Shown here: positions 1 to 13,122 of the stretch, piece by piece | How the letters are laid out: each line of letters opens with the position of its first letter | How positions within the stretch are numbered: position 1 is the stretch's first letter | Source: Octopus sinensis | Lineage: Eukaryota | Length of the DNA: 64,000 nucleotides | Direction of reading: 5' to 3' | NCBI RefSeq assembly: GCF_006345805.1 | Contig: NC_043015.1 | Location: 7,998,001 to 8,062,000, forward strand | Notes under the pieces: model-generated | What the model saw: only the letters and a program-made list of their open reading frames with translations | Databases searched by the model: none | What the model was told of the DNA's origin: nothing | Position numbers and translations under genes: made by a program

Positions 1-540
1 TAGAGCAGCTATCCACGTCCTTAATCCATTTCACAGTTCTTCACCGGTTGCAATTCACGCTTAAGCAATTTATCTCCCGTATGCGCATGGGGGTGATTGC
101 GTATATTTTCGCATTCGAATCAATGGCCACCCTGAAGTACAGAAAACAATTCACTGTCATTATATTACATTCCACAGATTAGTCTATTCACATTATGAAA
201 TTTGAGTTCGTGGTAAGTCGATATTACCTGCTATTTCCCCTAAATGACGGGTCATTATTATTGTTGTCGCTGTTTTGCTACAGAAAAATACAAGATCGAT
301 CATTATAATAAACGTCTCAGCGGTGAACATCTATGTTTTCTTACGTAACTGTAATTTTATTGCACTTTCAACGATTTCTGATATGAGGTTTTGCATGGAA
401 TGTAACATTGTCGTTATTTATAGGCAGTCCAGCGACAGCAGAAGCCCCTTTCATTTCCATATGTATTGAAGAATGAAATCAGGAGTTCCACCTACAGCAT
501 AGGATTTCAATCGTTAGTTCTTATGATAAGGATCAGTTAT

Positions 541-926
541 GGAAGCACTCCGTTGGTTACGACGATGGGGGTTCCGGTTGATCCGAATCAACGGAACAGC
601 CTGCTCGTGAAATTAACATGTAAGTGGCTAAGCACTCCACAGACACGTGTACCCTTAACGTAGTTCTCGGGGATATTCAGCGTGACACAGAGAGTGACAA
701 GGCCGGCCCTTTGAAATACAGGTACAACAGAAACAGGAAGTAAGAGTGAGAGAAAATTGTGGTGAGAGAGTACAGCTGGGATCACCACCATCCCCTGCCG
801 GAGCCTCGTGGAGTTTTAAGTGTTTTCGCTCAATAAACACTCACAACGCCCGGTCTGGGAATCGAAACCGCGATCCTATGACCGCGAGTCCGCTGCCCTA
901 ACCACTGGGCCATTGCGCCTCCACAT
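541..926 (-). mobile_element. tRNA-derived SINE, family A (full length, with TSD)
   Basis: Minus strand begins GTGGAGGCGCAATGGCCCAGTGGTTAGGGCAGCGGACTCGCGGTCATAGGATCGCGGTTTCGATTCCC, with a Pol III A box (TGGCCCAGTGG) and B box (GGTTTCGATTCC) in a tRNA-Arg-like head. 11-bp TSD GGATCAGTTAT at 530-540 and 927-937. Near-identical copy at 37320-37710. Confidence 0.92.
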
Positions 927-3049
927 GGATCAGTTATACACATTGTTTGAATATAAAACTTCCTTTCTTTTAAAAGTCTGCAGTCATTTAGCATGACATT
1001 GTGAAACTTATATACTATATTAAGGTAAACAATATTATAAATTATGGTAATGGGGAATTTACCCTCTCAAAAGTCAGATTGAGAAAATCGTTAGAGAGTG
1101 TGATAAAATGCATTTTAGCTTTATATCTGGTTATCTGCACTCTGAATTCAAACTCTACAGAGCCTTTTGGGTATGGGGTGAAAAGATATAGCAGAAACCC
1201 AGGACTTGCGCATGAATAAAATTTTAAAGCATCAGACAACTTAAATACCGGGATAGATCTTGGAAGTTTACGCTCTGATGCTAACGCCTGGAACGACACT
1301 AGTATCAAGCTGTGTCATTTTTTTTTATTAATATTTGAAAATCTGTGCTGGTCTGGAGAAAGAAACTTTGCGTATTTACGATAATATTGGATTTCTACAA
1401 TGTAAAAACCTTGGGCTGATACACATACACTTTTGGTGCACCTTTGCGAAGAAAAATGTCATAAGGCTGACCCTCGTCAGAATAAAAGGATAGAGACCAT
1501 GATCACGATATTTTGTTTTCACATGCAGTATAAAGATTTCTGTGTTCAAATGACGTCGAGTTCATCCATGTTGTTCATTGATAGGGAACGATAATAGCTT
1601 GAAAAATGTTGGGTCCCTGTGAAGTTGCACCTCCTCAAGGTGCAGCATTTTGGAAGTTCTGATTACGAATACGCTGTCACCTAAGAAACTATAAATTCAA
1701 AATGTGTTCCGATAGAAGGTAATGTTCTCTAAAACATTTGCAAAACTCTTGATGCACTAAAATCCCAAAATACATATGAAAAGAATGTTAAGCCTCTAGG
1801 CAGAAACAATACCTAAAGTAGCAGATTGTTTGGGAATTATCTAAAGACAAGTGGAGAGGTACATCATTTAAACACCAGGACGTATGAATATATTTGCTCT
1901 GCTAATTAGATATTTTAGTAAAATCTTTTCGATACAGTTAAAGTAACGTCAGGAAATGAAGTACAGGATATTCTCGATTGAATCGAAGCTGGTACTTGAG
2001 TGATATAGTAAATTTAGAGAAAAATAAAAGAGGAATGGAGATCAAAGATTAATTCAGATTTCAACAGGGAGTATAAAGAAGTGTGTCAAACTACCACAAG
2101 GCTCTGAAAATTCAGGAAATCATGAACAACTAACAGCAATAATGGTGATTGTAGCCGTGGTGTTGAAATAGCGGCAGGATAAACTATTATAATAGTAGTA
2201 GTAGTAGTAGTTGTTGTATTTGGTTGTAGTACATAAGGATGGGGAGAGTCAAGGTGGCATTTGCAAGAAAAGTAACACATAGAAGACAAGCGAGACAAGC
2301 AAGACAGCATGAGGTTGATAAATATGATGGCAAATGCGATGATGAATGTTGTAATGATAATGATGATGATGATGAAAAAGATAAGGAAAATATCAAGACT
2401 TCGTGATCATAATGATGCTGATACCGAACATAATGATAATACGTATTAGCTATATTCAAGAATTTTTTTGAGCATTTCTATATATTTTAAGCCATTTTTC
2501 TTTTTTTTTTCTCATTTTATTATTTTCTTGTTTTCTTTTTTTTTTCATAGAATACAACCCAAGATAACAAGATTTTCTTTTTTGTTCTTCATTTATTCAT
2601 TCTTGCATTTCCGAATATTTCTGACTGACAGATAAAGTCTGATACTATTGGTAAATATAGAAAATTCTAAGATTTCCTTAACCTATTCATCTGTCATTTT
2701 TCACAGAATCTTAACTCACTATGACTGCTACAAAATTCATGTTCAATAGAAAAGAGCAGAAATAATTGAAAATTCACAAGGTTTAAACTTAGAGGATATT
2801 TGCATTTGTACGTACGCATGTGTGAGTTCCCATGTGATGTGGTTAATAACAGAGTTTACATTCTAAGGATAACCATAAATGCCATAGTAAATATTCATTT
2901 GATTTATATGACACACCTCTTTATTCAGATATTGCTCTATCATTTGATTTTGTAACTTTCGAGCCGTCTGAATATTATTCTCTGTTTTTGCATCTTCGCA
3001 ACGTTCATTCACCCAAGAACACAGTCTGATCACATATATATGTACACAT

Positions 3050-3102
<53 letters not shown>

Positions 3103-3104
<2 letters not shown>

Positions 3105-3336
3105 GGCGACGAGCTGGCAGAAACGTTAGCACGCCGGGCGAGATGCGTAGCCGTATTTCGTCTGCCGTTACGTTCTGAGTTCAAATTACGCCCTGGTCGA
3201 CTTTGCCTTTCATCCTTTCGTGGTCGATAAACTAAGTACCAGTTACGCACTGCAGTCAATGTAATCGACTTAATCCGTCTGTCTGTCCTTGTTTGTCCCC
3301 TCTATGTTTAGCCCCTTGTGGGCAGTAAAGAAAGAA
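3103..3336 (+). mobile_element. tRNA-headed SINE, family C
   Basis: Head GGCGACGAGCTGGCAGAAACGTTAGC...GAGTTCAAATT (A/B-box-like), then body GTCGACTTTGCCTTTCATCCTTTCG.GGTCGATAAA..AAGTACCAG. The body resembles the Meta-SINE central domain (recalled, not searched). At least 10 related copies in the window. Sits between (TA)n tracts. Confidence 0.85.
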
Positions 3337-3382
3337 CATATATATATATACATATATATATATGTATATATATATACATTTC

Positions 3383-3655
3383 GCTTTTGAAAATAATGTC
3401 CAGGTCGTTTGGGCAATATTGGCGGTATATTCACCACATCGTGCAAATAATGTATCGCTCGTGGCGACACTGGAGAGAATAGAGTTTCAAGGCTTTAAGG
3501 CGGACCCAGTGATCGAGCTTATGCATGACCTTAATTCGTTTAGTGAGTGCTCTCTGAGGGGATTCAATCTTCGAGAGGTTTTGCTTTCTATGGGGAGACC
3601 ACAAGCGGCAGCAATATTCGAGGTGTGGCCGTATAAAGGAGGAGAAATGTGGAAT
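3383..3655 (-). mobile_element. Non-LTR retrotransposon (CR1/L2/Crack-like) ORF2 fragment downstream of the RT core, decayed
   Basis: Minus strand translates FSSFIRPHLEYCCRLWSPHRKQNLSKIESPQRALTKRIKVMHKLDHWVRLKALKLYSLQCRHERYIICTMW*IYRQYCPND. This matches the CR1/L2-type pattern xxVRPxLEYCxxxWSPxxKxxIxxLExxQRxxTKxIxxxxxLxYxxRLxxLxLYSLxxRRERY. One in-frame stop; flanked by (TA)n. Confidence 0.85.
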
Positions 3656-3656
3656 G

Positions 3657-3697
<41 letters not shown>

Positions 3698-3698
3698 G

Positions 3699-4125
3699 TT
3701 ACTTCTTTCAGTCATTTGACTACGGCCATCCTGGATCACCGCCTTAAAGGGGTTTTTAGTCGAACAAATTGACCAGAGGACATTTTTTAAGTCAAGTACT
3801 TATTGTATCCGTATCTTTTGGCGAATTGATAAGGTACGGGAAGGTAAACACACCAAAACCGGTTGTCAAGTGGTGATGGGACCACAAACACAGACACAAA
3901 CACACACACATGCATATATATATGAGGGGATTCTTTTAGTTTCAGTCTACCGAATACACTCCTAAGGCTTTGGTCGACCCAATGCAATAGTAGAAGACCA
4001 TAAAGACAACAATATATTATAAATAAATTATAAAAATATCAACCTGCTCCAGGTGCTACGCAGTGTGAATGTACCCGGAACCATGCGGTTGGAAAGCAAG
4101 CTTCTTACCACACTGCTACGCCTGC

Positions 4126-4128
<3 letters not shown>
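3699..4128 (-). mobile_element. tRNA-derived SINE, family B (degenerate)
   Basis: Homologous along its length to 4161-4545, 8483-8891, 36687-37086 and 45043-45428. Minus-strand head is similar to GGCGCAGGAGTGGCTGTGTGGTAAG...GGGTTCAGTCCC. Carries an internal (CA)/(TA) tract. Confidence 0.8.
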
Positions 4129-4160
<32 letters not shown>

Positions 4161-4163
<3 letters not shown>

Positions 4164-4545
4164 TCTTTTACTTGTTTCAGTCATTTGACTGCGGCCATGC
4201 TGGAGCACCGCCTTCAATCGAGCAACTCGAACCTGGGACTTATTCTTTTGTAAGCCCAGTACTTATTCTATCGGTCTCTTTTGACGAACCGCTAAGTAAC
4301 GGGGACATAAACACACCAGCTTAGGTTGTCAAGCAATGTTAGGGGGACAAACACAGACACACAAATACACACATATATATATATATACATATATACGACG
4401 GGCTTCTTTCAGATTCCGTCTACCAAATCCACTCACAAGGCTTTGGTCGGCCCGATGCTATAGAAGAAGACACTTGCCCAAGGTGCCACGCTGTGGGACT
4501 GAACCCGGAACCATGTGGTTAGTAAACAAGCTACTCCTGCGCCTA
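4161..4545 (-). mobile_element. tRNA-derived SINE, family B
   Basis: B-box-like GGGTTCAGTCCC and CORE-like CACCTTGGGCAAGTGTCTT segment. 3' tail GGCGGTGCTCCAGCATGGCCGCAGTCAAATGACTGAAACAAGTAAAAGAG. Head-to-tail with 3699-4128. Confidence 0.88.
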
Positions 4546-4567
4546 TATATATATATGTGTGTGTGTG

Positions 4568-4608
<41 letters not shown>

Positions 4609-4634
4609 CACTGAATAGATTTATAATGTATTAT

Positions 4635-4940
4635 TGTCTTTATGGTTTCTTTTATTCATTGCACTGCGGCTATGTTGGCGACACCCACTTCTCTGGATTT
4701 TGTCAAAAGTATCGACCAGGAAATTTATTTTTCTAAGTCTGGCTCTTATTCTAGCGGTTACTTGGTTTGACCTGCTAAGGTAAAAGGATGTGGGGTGAAG
4801 AAGAGGGATTGTCAATTGGTGGGAAGACAAACACACATACACTCAAAAACTAGGTCATAGTAGAAGTGACGTACCTCAAACAATAGTATTGAAACTGCAA
4901 CTAAAACGCTAGGCAACGGAACTGAACCGGAAACAGATAG
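4635..4940 (-). mobile_element. Family B SINE, old degenerate copy
   Basis: Diverged but collinear with the family B body (CTGCGGCTATGTTGG...GTCAAAAGTATCGACC...GACAAACACAC...AGTAGAAG). Confidence 0.6.
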
Positions 4941-5404
4941 ATGCTGCAAAAGCTCTTTAACAACACTGAGTTACAAAATATTTCACTTTATTTATCTGTG
5001 TGTGTGTCGGTAAGCGCATTCTGTGTGTTTATATATTTGTAGGTGTTGTATATATTATTGGATCGCCTCTAGTTATTACATTCAATATAGTGTTTTAGTT
5101 TATTCTAGCATATTTTATTTCGATGTTGGTCTCAACACGTTTTATTCGAGCTTTCTCAAAATATCGAACATTCTCGATTCCTTTATAATGGTGGAGCGAT
5201 AAAATATAGCGTTGTATATGTTGGTAGATTTAATAAACTGTAGTCACACATAATCACGCACAAAAATGCACATGTACACACACAAATATATATCCATACA
5301 GAGTGAGAGAAATCGAGAACAGTAGCGAGAGACATATACACGCACATATACACACGCAAATGTATAAATATATTATAAAAATATGTGTCTTGCTACTCGC
5401 TCGC

Positions 5405-5509
5405 AAATGTGTGTGTGTATATATCTATATAGATATATGTGTGTGTGTGTATATGTACTTATATATATATATATGTTTATGCATATATATATATATATAT
5501 ATATGTTTA

Positions 5510-5544
<35 letters not shown>

Positions 5545-5660
5545 GCGTATATATATATATATATATATGTATGTTTATGCGTATATATATATTTATATGT
5601 TTATGCATGTATATATATATATATCGATACACACACACACACACACACACACAATATATA
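5405..5660. repeat. Compound (TG)n/(TA)n/(CA)n microsatellite
   Basis: Direct reading; source of the spurious YI/CV-rich ORFs at 5303-5737. Confidence 0.95.
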
Positions 5661-6244
5661 TGCCGAAAATAGAGAGACGGAGTGAAATGAAAAAGGCAAG
5701 GAAGAATAACAGAATATAGATAAGCAGAACAAGTCAAATTGAGAATGTAGTGTCACCTATTTATATTTAGGTGATGCATAATACGACAGCTTCTTTAAGA
5801 AGTGACTTTCCTTTTGTTTGCTGAAGTTATTTTAAAATCCATCTATAGAAGCGACATTAACTGCTTGCTATTTTGGTTTTATTTGAGAATTCTCAAATAA
5901 AGTGTCTTAAATACCAGTGGCTATCTTATTATACTTTATAATATTCAAGTGTCAAATAGAAAAGTTGATAGTGAACCGGTATAATGGGTATGTATGTGGG
6001 CATTTATGTTTAACCCCCTAATTAAACAGAATATTGCTAGTTATTGAAACATTTTAGTATATAAACAGTATTATAATTAACGTATTTGACAATGTGCGAC
6101 GTATAAACAGACCTTTAACGTGTTGACCCTTACCACAAGAAATAATGGCTGAATCTCTCTCACTTTGGATAATTTTGTGTTGTTTTACTATAGAAATTTG
6201 TATCGCTTGTCATATGAAATATGTGAAAATCACTTGTAAATATC

Positions 6245-6478
6245 TGTTTCTTTACTACCCACAATGGGCTAAACACAGAGGGGACAAACAAGGACTGATA
6301 AACGGTTTAAGTCGATTACATCGACCCCAGTGCGTTACTGGTACTTAATTTATCGACTCCGAAAGGATGAAAGGCAAAAATCGACCTCGGCGGAATTTGA
6401 ACTCAGAACGTAACGGCAGACGAAATACGGCTACGCATTTCACCCGGCGTGCTAACGTTTATGCCAGCTCACCGCCTT
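6245..6478 (-). mobile_element. Family C SINE with TSD
   Basis: Reverse complement of the 3103-3336 family. TSD AAATCACTTGTAAA at 6227-6240 and 6479-6492. Confidence 0.9.
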
Positions 6479-8482
6479 AAATCACTTGTAAAATATCTTC
6501 TGCTGACATCAGCTACTTCTAATTTCTGCTGCGTATGAACCATAACCAAATTTTAGAAGTATAGCCTTAACGTCATACGAATTATAATGGGGTTGATGTA
6601 TTCATTGTGGTTGTTTAAATTTTGGCAGAGTCGAGTGCAGAGACATGTGAATAATGGCACGCAGTTCATGGGGATTTATTTATTTTTTTGTAGTATTTTG
6701 GAAGCATATGAAACCTCAGAGATAACACCACTCCTGTAATACTGTGATTTGTGGCATTAACAGCCGTTCGTGATTGCGGGTTTATATGATCAAAAGCTCA
6801 CATGAAATATCAAGGCTGATTTATGTGGGATATGGTTGTTTATAGGGATCATGAATTTATATGCGACGTATAAACAGACTTAGTAATAAAGTAAATAAAG
6901 AATATTTTTTATTATTAGTGAAGTCGAACATAACTGATGATATGCCAATGTCCAGAATAATGTTCATTTATAAATACTATGCTTTTTTAGTAATTTTCAC
7001 AAACATTTCCAGTAAGGACATTAGTAGCACACAAATAACTAAAGAAAGGCTGGACGAGATTTGATATGGAAAAGAAGATTATATGCAAGATTCGCAGTGC
7101 TTGAAGATATTTATCTGTGTTTTCTGCGGATCCAAACCTGACGGAGTCTTCTTAATAAGACACGTCGGTGAACGGAGACTCACCTACAAATGTATGCAAT
7201 GACAAAGCTATGTTAGAGGCTCCGAGCTTTAGCCTCGATGATGGGGTCGTAATCCATTCGCGCGCGTACAAATACGCGCACACACACACACACACACGTG
7301 TGTACAAAGATAAGAAAAATAAAATATTTCTTGAAGATGACTACAAGGACGGGAGCAATCATGGAATAAAAGATCGGCATTTGTACCACAGCATAACATG
7401 TTTCCTTCCCCTTGTATATATGCACAGAGTTCACTTTAGCTGGTATTATTGTTAACTATTTGTCCTGTTACTCATTGCAGATACAGTCCTAAATCAGAGA
7501 AATATATTGAAGTAACTGTAACCTCAACAATAATTAAACATATATTCGTTGCTTTTAAAAGAAATGAAAACAATTAGCATTTTGTTGATATGTAAAAATA
7601 TATTTTACTTGTCCATCGAATGGTATGTGTGCTTGATATTAGACGGTTCAAGACAACCAAACTTATTGACATGTAGGAATTCTTCGTTTTAACCTATGAA
7701 AAGCCGGGGCAGAAACAAAGGTTTTGAATACGTCAAAATCTTCATTTTATTGGAATAAAGTGTATCCAGAATTGTAAAGGCAAACATTAATAAGTCATTG
7801 ATTTTCTGTTTATAAAAAGTAGCATGTGATTTGCGGGGAGATTTGCCGTTAATTCAAGCTGTTGTGAATAAAATTGTATAAAATTAGCTCCTGCCCGACT
7901 TTCAGAATTTCTATGAATTTACTTTTCTGTAGGGACTGATCAGATTTGAAATAATACGTTACCCAGTCTACTATGTATATTTGTGTATTCAGCATTGGGA
8001 ATACAATAAAATAAATTATTAGTGAAACAGCTATAGGCTGCGTAAAGTATTCCTAACTAGCAGCTTTATTATTTCTGTTATTTATATTACTTTGTTTTGC
8101 TGCAGGAAAATGTTGAAAATATTTACTGATGTATGACAAAGATGTATGTTTATAAAAATGTGAATAACAAAGAGTCAATCCGAAACGCGTTGTTACTCCT
8201 CACACAAAGTATCGGCAGTGAAATAAGGCACGACTGAATGGAATCAACCGTTTCAAAAATCTCTACGACAATTCGTGTATATACACATCCATCCATCTCT
8301 CTATGTTTACATACACATACATGTATGTGCGCGTGTGTGTGTCTGTCTATGTATACCTATATGTATGCATGGATTGCATGAACTAGCGTTAAATGTGGAG
8401 CTGGTTCAGACACAATTGTAAATTATCATTGAAGATTCTTTGTCTTCTTAATTGGATTGTATATATATATTCTCTTTCTTTT

Positions 8483-8685
8483 CTCTTTTACTTGTTTCAG
8501 TCCTTTGACTGTGGCCATGCTACGGCACTGCCTTTAGTCGAGCAAATCGACCCCAGGACTTATTGTTTGTAAGACCAGTACTTATTCTATCGGTCTCTTT
8601 TGCCGAAACGCTAGGTGACGGGGACGTAAACACACCAGCATCGGTTGTCAAGCAATGTTGGGGGAACAAACACAGACACACAAAT

Positions 8686-8726
<41 letters not shown>

Positions 8727-8891
8727 AACACAAATATACGACGGGCTTCTTTCAGTTTCCGTCTACCAAATCCACTCACAAGGCTTTGGTCGGTCCAAGG
8801 CTATAGCAGAAGACAGTTGCCCAAGGTGCCACGCAGTGGGACTGAACCCGGTAGGATGTGGTTGGTAAACAAGCTACTTACCACACTGCCA
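8483..8891 (-). mobile_element. Family B SINE
   Basis: Full-length collinear match to the other family B copies; internal (CA)n(TA)n tract. Confidence 0.88.
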
Positions 8892-11800
8892 CTGGTCAAC
8901 TAAACCTATTCCTGAATAAAAGATGTATGTGGTTGAGTATTCCAAAATATTTTATTCACAATATATTACTGAAGATGCAATGCTGTGGAAAGTATCTTAA
9001 CCATTCCTCCATGATGTCTCTAGTGTGTTTGTGTCTGTCTTTGTGTGTATGTATTGAATAATATTTGTTCGCAAAACATATATTGCTAATAATTATTTTA
9101 TGTAATCTCAGTTCATCCATTGAAGAAACATAACAAATTACTATTGCGAAAACTTTTTTCCTGTTCAATCGACTTGCTCAAGAAGCAGCAAAATACCAGT
9201 CAAATGTAATAGTTTTGATTATAGATTTTTCTATGTCAGAGCTGACCTGCCCATAACGGACTATACACGGATCATTTAATCTGTCATTCTATTATCTCTG
9301 AATGTTTTCTCCTAGTTTCTAAGTTAATTATGTAACATTCATAAAAAGAATTCCTGGTAAATGCACTTAATCCTTCAAATATTCTCTCATATTGTAATGG
9401 TTTGACATCTCAAAATCTAATGAATGCGCAGAACGTCAGTGCTATAGGAATTGTAAAAAAAGAGAATTTTTTGAATAAAGATGAATAAATAAAATATACT
9501 GGCAACTGTATGGATTGAAATTCAACATCTTATCGTTATAAAATTTTCTTGCATAATCAAAAGCCGTATCAACAGAACGCGAAAATTCTCCGTTAAATCT
9601 TTCAACCTGTTAACACAGATATGAAATATTTTTCCCTAAATGAATTCCCAATCTGAATAATTTTTAGCGAAACACGATAAAATGTTAATCCTGTAGATAT
9701 CATAACCGAGGCAGATGTGATTTCACTACTTCAGATGTAATTAGGCTATAATTTCTCATAAATAGAAATAAAACAAACGGGGTTAGTGACAGATTGTATG
9801 ATATTGCAATGGCAGGAAGGTTATTAAAATTATAGAATTGATTTATCATTATGTTCATGTCCTCTGTTTTGAAGCTTTAATACTTTTCATCGTGGAGTTG
9901 AATGTCGCAATGGAGTTATCACAGGTTAAACAAAAAGATTAAGCTCTTTAGATACTGCATTTTCATATCAAATAACATTATATGAAGGTAAATATTGACA
10001 TTAATAAAGGTAAATTTCAAACAACGGGCTATAAAAGAACAGGTGAAATTTCAAATCTTATCTTTCAACAAATTAAATTCATCTCTTTCTTCTTTGAAAA
10101 TATGTAGCATAGCAGGGCAAAGATGCAAGAATTTTGCACTGCCTGTTACGCACAACCGATAAAACCTCTGTAATGGTGGATTCTCAAAGGACAAAATGCC
10201 TGATATGGGTTTTCATTCACAAACACGAAAATAATTCCCAAGGAATATTTTTGATCGATCATTTCGCTATTGGATCTGTATCGTAATTGCTTTCTTGGTC
10301 CTTGTTTTATGACGGAGAACTAATTTCGGGGAGATTACATGTATAAATAATAATGTGTAAATAAATTACAAGCAAATGTCACATCTGTCTTTACTATCCA
10401 GTGAAATATTCTCTATTCTGGCAAAGGATGTGGTAGAAATAGAAGCCATATTTACATAAGTCCCCTGTCTGTAAGATGATGCATTCCTGTTTTCCCGATA
10501 AACATCTAACATCTTGCAGGATATTTAAGGTTTCCTTAACAACAAATACATCTGAATGATGATAGCTGAACTTTTGTTTCCGGAAAGTAAAACCCTAGAA
10601 TGATATTAGTATAGTAAATAATTAACCTAATACCAAAGTAATTATGTGATATATTGAAAGATATAATCATTGTAAATAGAAAAGTTTTAATACACAAATT
10701 CACACAGATTTATAAATACCTCGTTACAATTATAGCTTAAAGCACAAAGCAGAGTAAGTATCACCGTAAGGCGGCAATTATAGTTCCTTCAATTAATTAA
10801 AGCCAAATGGTTCAACATAATTATCCAAGTTACATTGTATATGTTTCAGTAACAACCATAATTACATTTTTAGGGTTCCCCTTCCTGTTTGTTTTTTGCA
10901 CGCGCGCGTGTATCTAAATATGTCTAATTATAAACAAAATTATCACCTTATTCTTAAACCTGTAACTTTTGAAGTAACACTTGCATCATATCAACCAAAT
11001 CTTATGCATTATTATAGGCACAACTTCTAAGTCTTCCTATGTGTTAGTCACATCTAAAAATCTACGCTTTATCATGCGTCATCAGACGTCGTATTTCTCA
11101 TTCTCTTGTTCGTAGTACAAAAAATAGTTCTGATATTTCCGGAAAAAATTCATCATTTTCAGTCTTCAGGAATATATATTGGAAACTTTTTACTATTTTT
11201 TATTCTTTAAGCTGATTTTATTTCATATATTGTATTAACACTAGTGTGTACTTAACTATGGCTAAAGTTTTGTGGGAAGAAATCAAATATGGATGAGTGA
11301 CAAGAAAAAAAGAAACGGGGAGATTATGCATAGAAGCATTTCATTACACCGATTATTGACTTGTTGCATCTAACGAATAAGTATATGTCAAAGCAACGTA
11401 TATCGAAAATAAAATAAAAAGAAGAAAGATGAATGTCATAAGGCTACAGAACTGGTCACAATGCAGTATAAGTGTATTTACATACAAATTTTCATTTCCG
11501 CCATCATCAAATCTGTTTCATCTTCCCCTTTGAATAGAAAAAAAAAAACGTTACCAGTGATATCAGTTAACGCGTTTGTTGTTGTGTAGCCCCAAGTCCA
11601 GCTATCAATGATCGGAAATGTAATTGAAATTATGTCGGTCTTGCTCATGGCTTGATTTCTGTTTTGTTGCTTGGTTTTTTTTTTCTAAGAAGGAATATCA
11701 AATAGCGAAATAACAAATAACGTAATATGCATATGTCGAGCACAGTATCTTCAAATACACAATACTATAAACGTATAAGCCAGATGTGATCACCGTTAAA

Positions 11801-12069
11801 CAATGTTTTATTTCAACAGAAGCAATCATAGTGTAACAGCTCATACTAGGCTGCATTGCGGCGGGCGAATAACTTGCCTTGCCGTTGGTTAGTTATAATC
11901 TAATAGATTATGTGACACTTTTTGTTGCAGATTAGCACCAGATTAAAAGATACATGTATTTTCAGTTTGCCCCATGAAAGGATGTATTGATTTTATGAAT
12001 TCTAACAGGAAGTTTAATTAGGTACAAATTTAGATTCACTGACAGATAGAAACATAAGTTGATAGAGAG

Positions 12070-12188
12070 CTAAATAGAGAGGCAGATAGATAGATAAATA
12101 GATCGATAGGTAGAGATAGAGAGAGAGAGAGAAAGAAATGCATAGCTAAATGGACATACATACATACATACAGAGAGACAAACAAGTA

Positions 12189-12230
<42 letters not shown>

Positions 12231-12290
12231 TAGATAGATAGATAGATAGATACATACATAGATAGATAGACAGTCAGAAAGACAGATCAA
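12070..12290. repeat. Compound (GATA)n/(GA)n/(TA)n microsatellite
   Basis: Direct reading. Confidence 0.9.
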
Positions 12291-12805
12291 ACAAGTGAGA
12301 GGGTGTTAATATTGTATACGTTGTTATTTATGCACATGCGAGTGTCGAAGAAACAGGGTTACGAAGAAAGTATTTCCTGCTATGCCCATTACAAAATTTT
12401 TGCGCCGGGAATGTTCGACCAGCTCAATGTGTCCTTAGATATTTACGGCGTTTTGAGGATAATGTGGACTAGATTTGGCTTTATTCCATTTGTTGGATGG
12501 GTTATTAAATAGCTGCTCGTTTTCGTCCGTAATGCATAAACTATATGTTGTGTGGTTATCGACATTTGCCAATGTTTTACATCATAATTATACTGATAAA
12601 TTGGATGTTTCACACGGATCGCATATTTAATAGTTCATAAACACTTACTAATTGTCTGATAGTATCTACAGCCGTTAATGTATAACTTATATTTTGTTTT
12701 AATGTTTGTCAGGTGGAACATACTGAAACAATTAAACCTCACACGCATATTATTCTATTTGTATTCTATTACAAATTACTTAGTTTCTGTTGGATATGTA
12801 TTTTT

Positions 12806-13008
12806 TTTTACTTCTTTTAGTCATTCGGGCACGGCTATGTTGGAGCACTTGCTCGGGACATTTTAGTCGATCCAATCGGTCTCGGTGTAGGTTATTTTTT
12901 TTGTTTTCTTTTCCAAACGGTCTCCTTTACTGGCCTCGTAAAAACACCATTCGTCACTCAGTTGTGTGGCACAAACACAGGCACGAAGTGACGCAGACAC
13001 ACAAAGTA

Positions 13009-13075
<67 letters not shown>

Positions 13076-13122
13076 TAGAAGAGCTTCTTTCAGTTTCCCT
13101 CTATCAAACCCATTCACGAGGC
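12806..13122 (-). mobile_element. Family B SINE, degenerate and lacking the head
   Basis: TTACTTCTTTTAGTCATT...GCTATGTTGGAGCAC...GGGCTTCTTTCAGTTTCC-like segments; internal (TA)n expanded to about 55 bp. Confidence 0.65.

Noticed and set aside
466-840. ORFs overlapping SINEs (also 4336-4614, 8655-8903, 36865-37089, 37268-37450, 44773-45386, 49683-50125, 54846-55146)
   Set aside because: The same peptides recur at each SINE copy; they are incidental reading frames of non-coding repeats.
845-926. tRNA-Arg-like sequence (also near 37630-37710, 47885-47962 and 59885-59965)
   Set aside because: These are SINE heads continuous with the SINE body and bounded by TSDs; no proper acceptor stem or Pol III terminator.
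7065-7202. ICVFCGSKPDGVFLIRHVGERRLTYKC, resembling an SH2 (PDGxFLIR) or C2H2 motif
   Set aside because: Bounded by stops, no convincing splice sites, and spacing fits neither domain.
8178-8192. CCGAAACGCGTT hammerhead-like half motif (similar half motifs near 22826 and 45570)
   Set aside because: No CUGANGA and stem II at an appropriate distance.
11065-11097. Minus-strand CTGATGA-CGC-loop-GCG
   Set aside because: Followed by TAGA rather than GAAA; no stem III or cleavage site.
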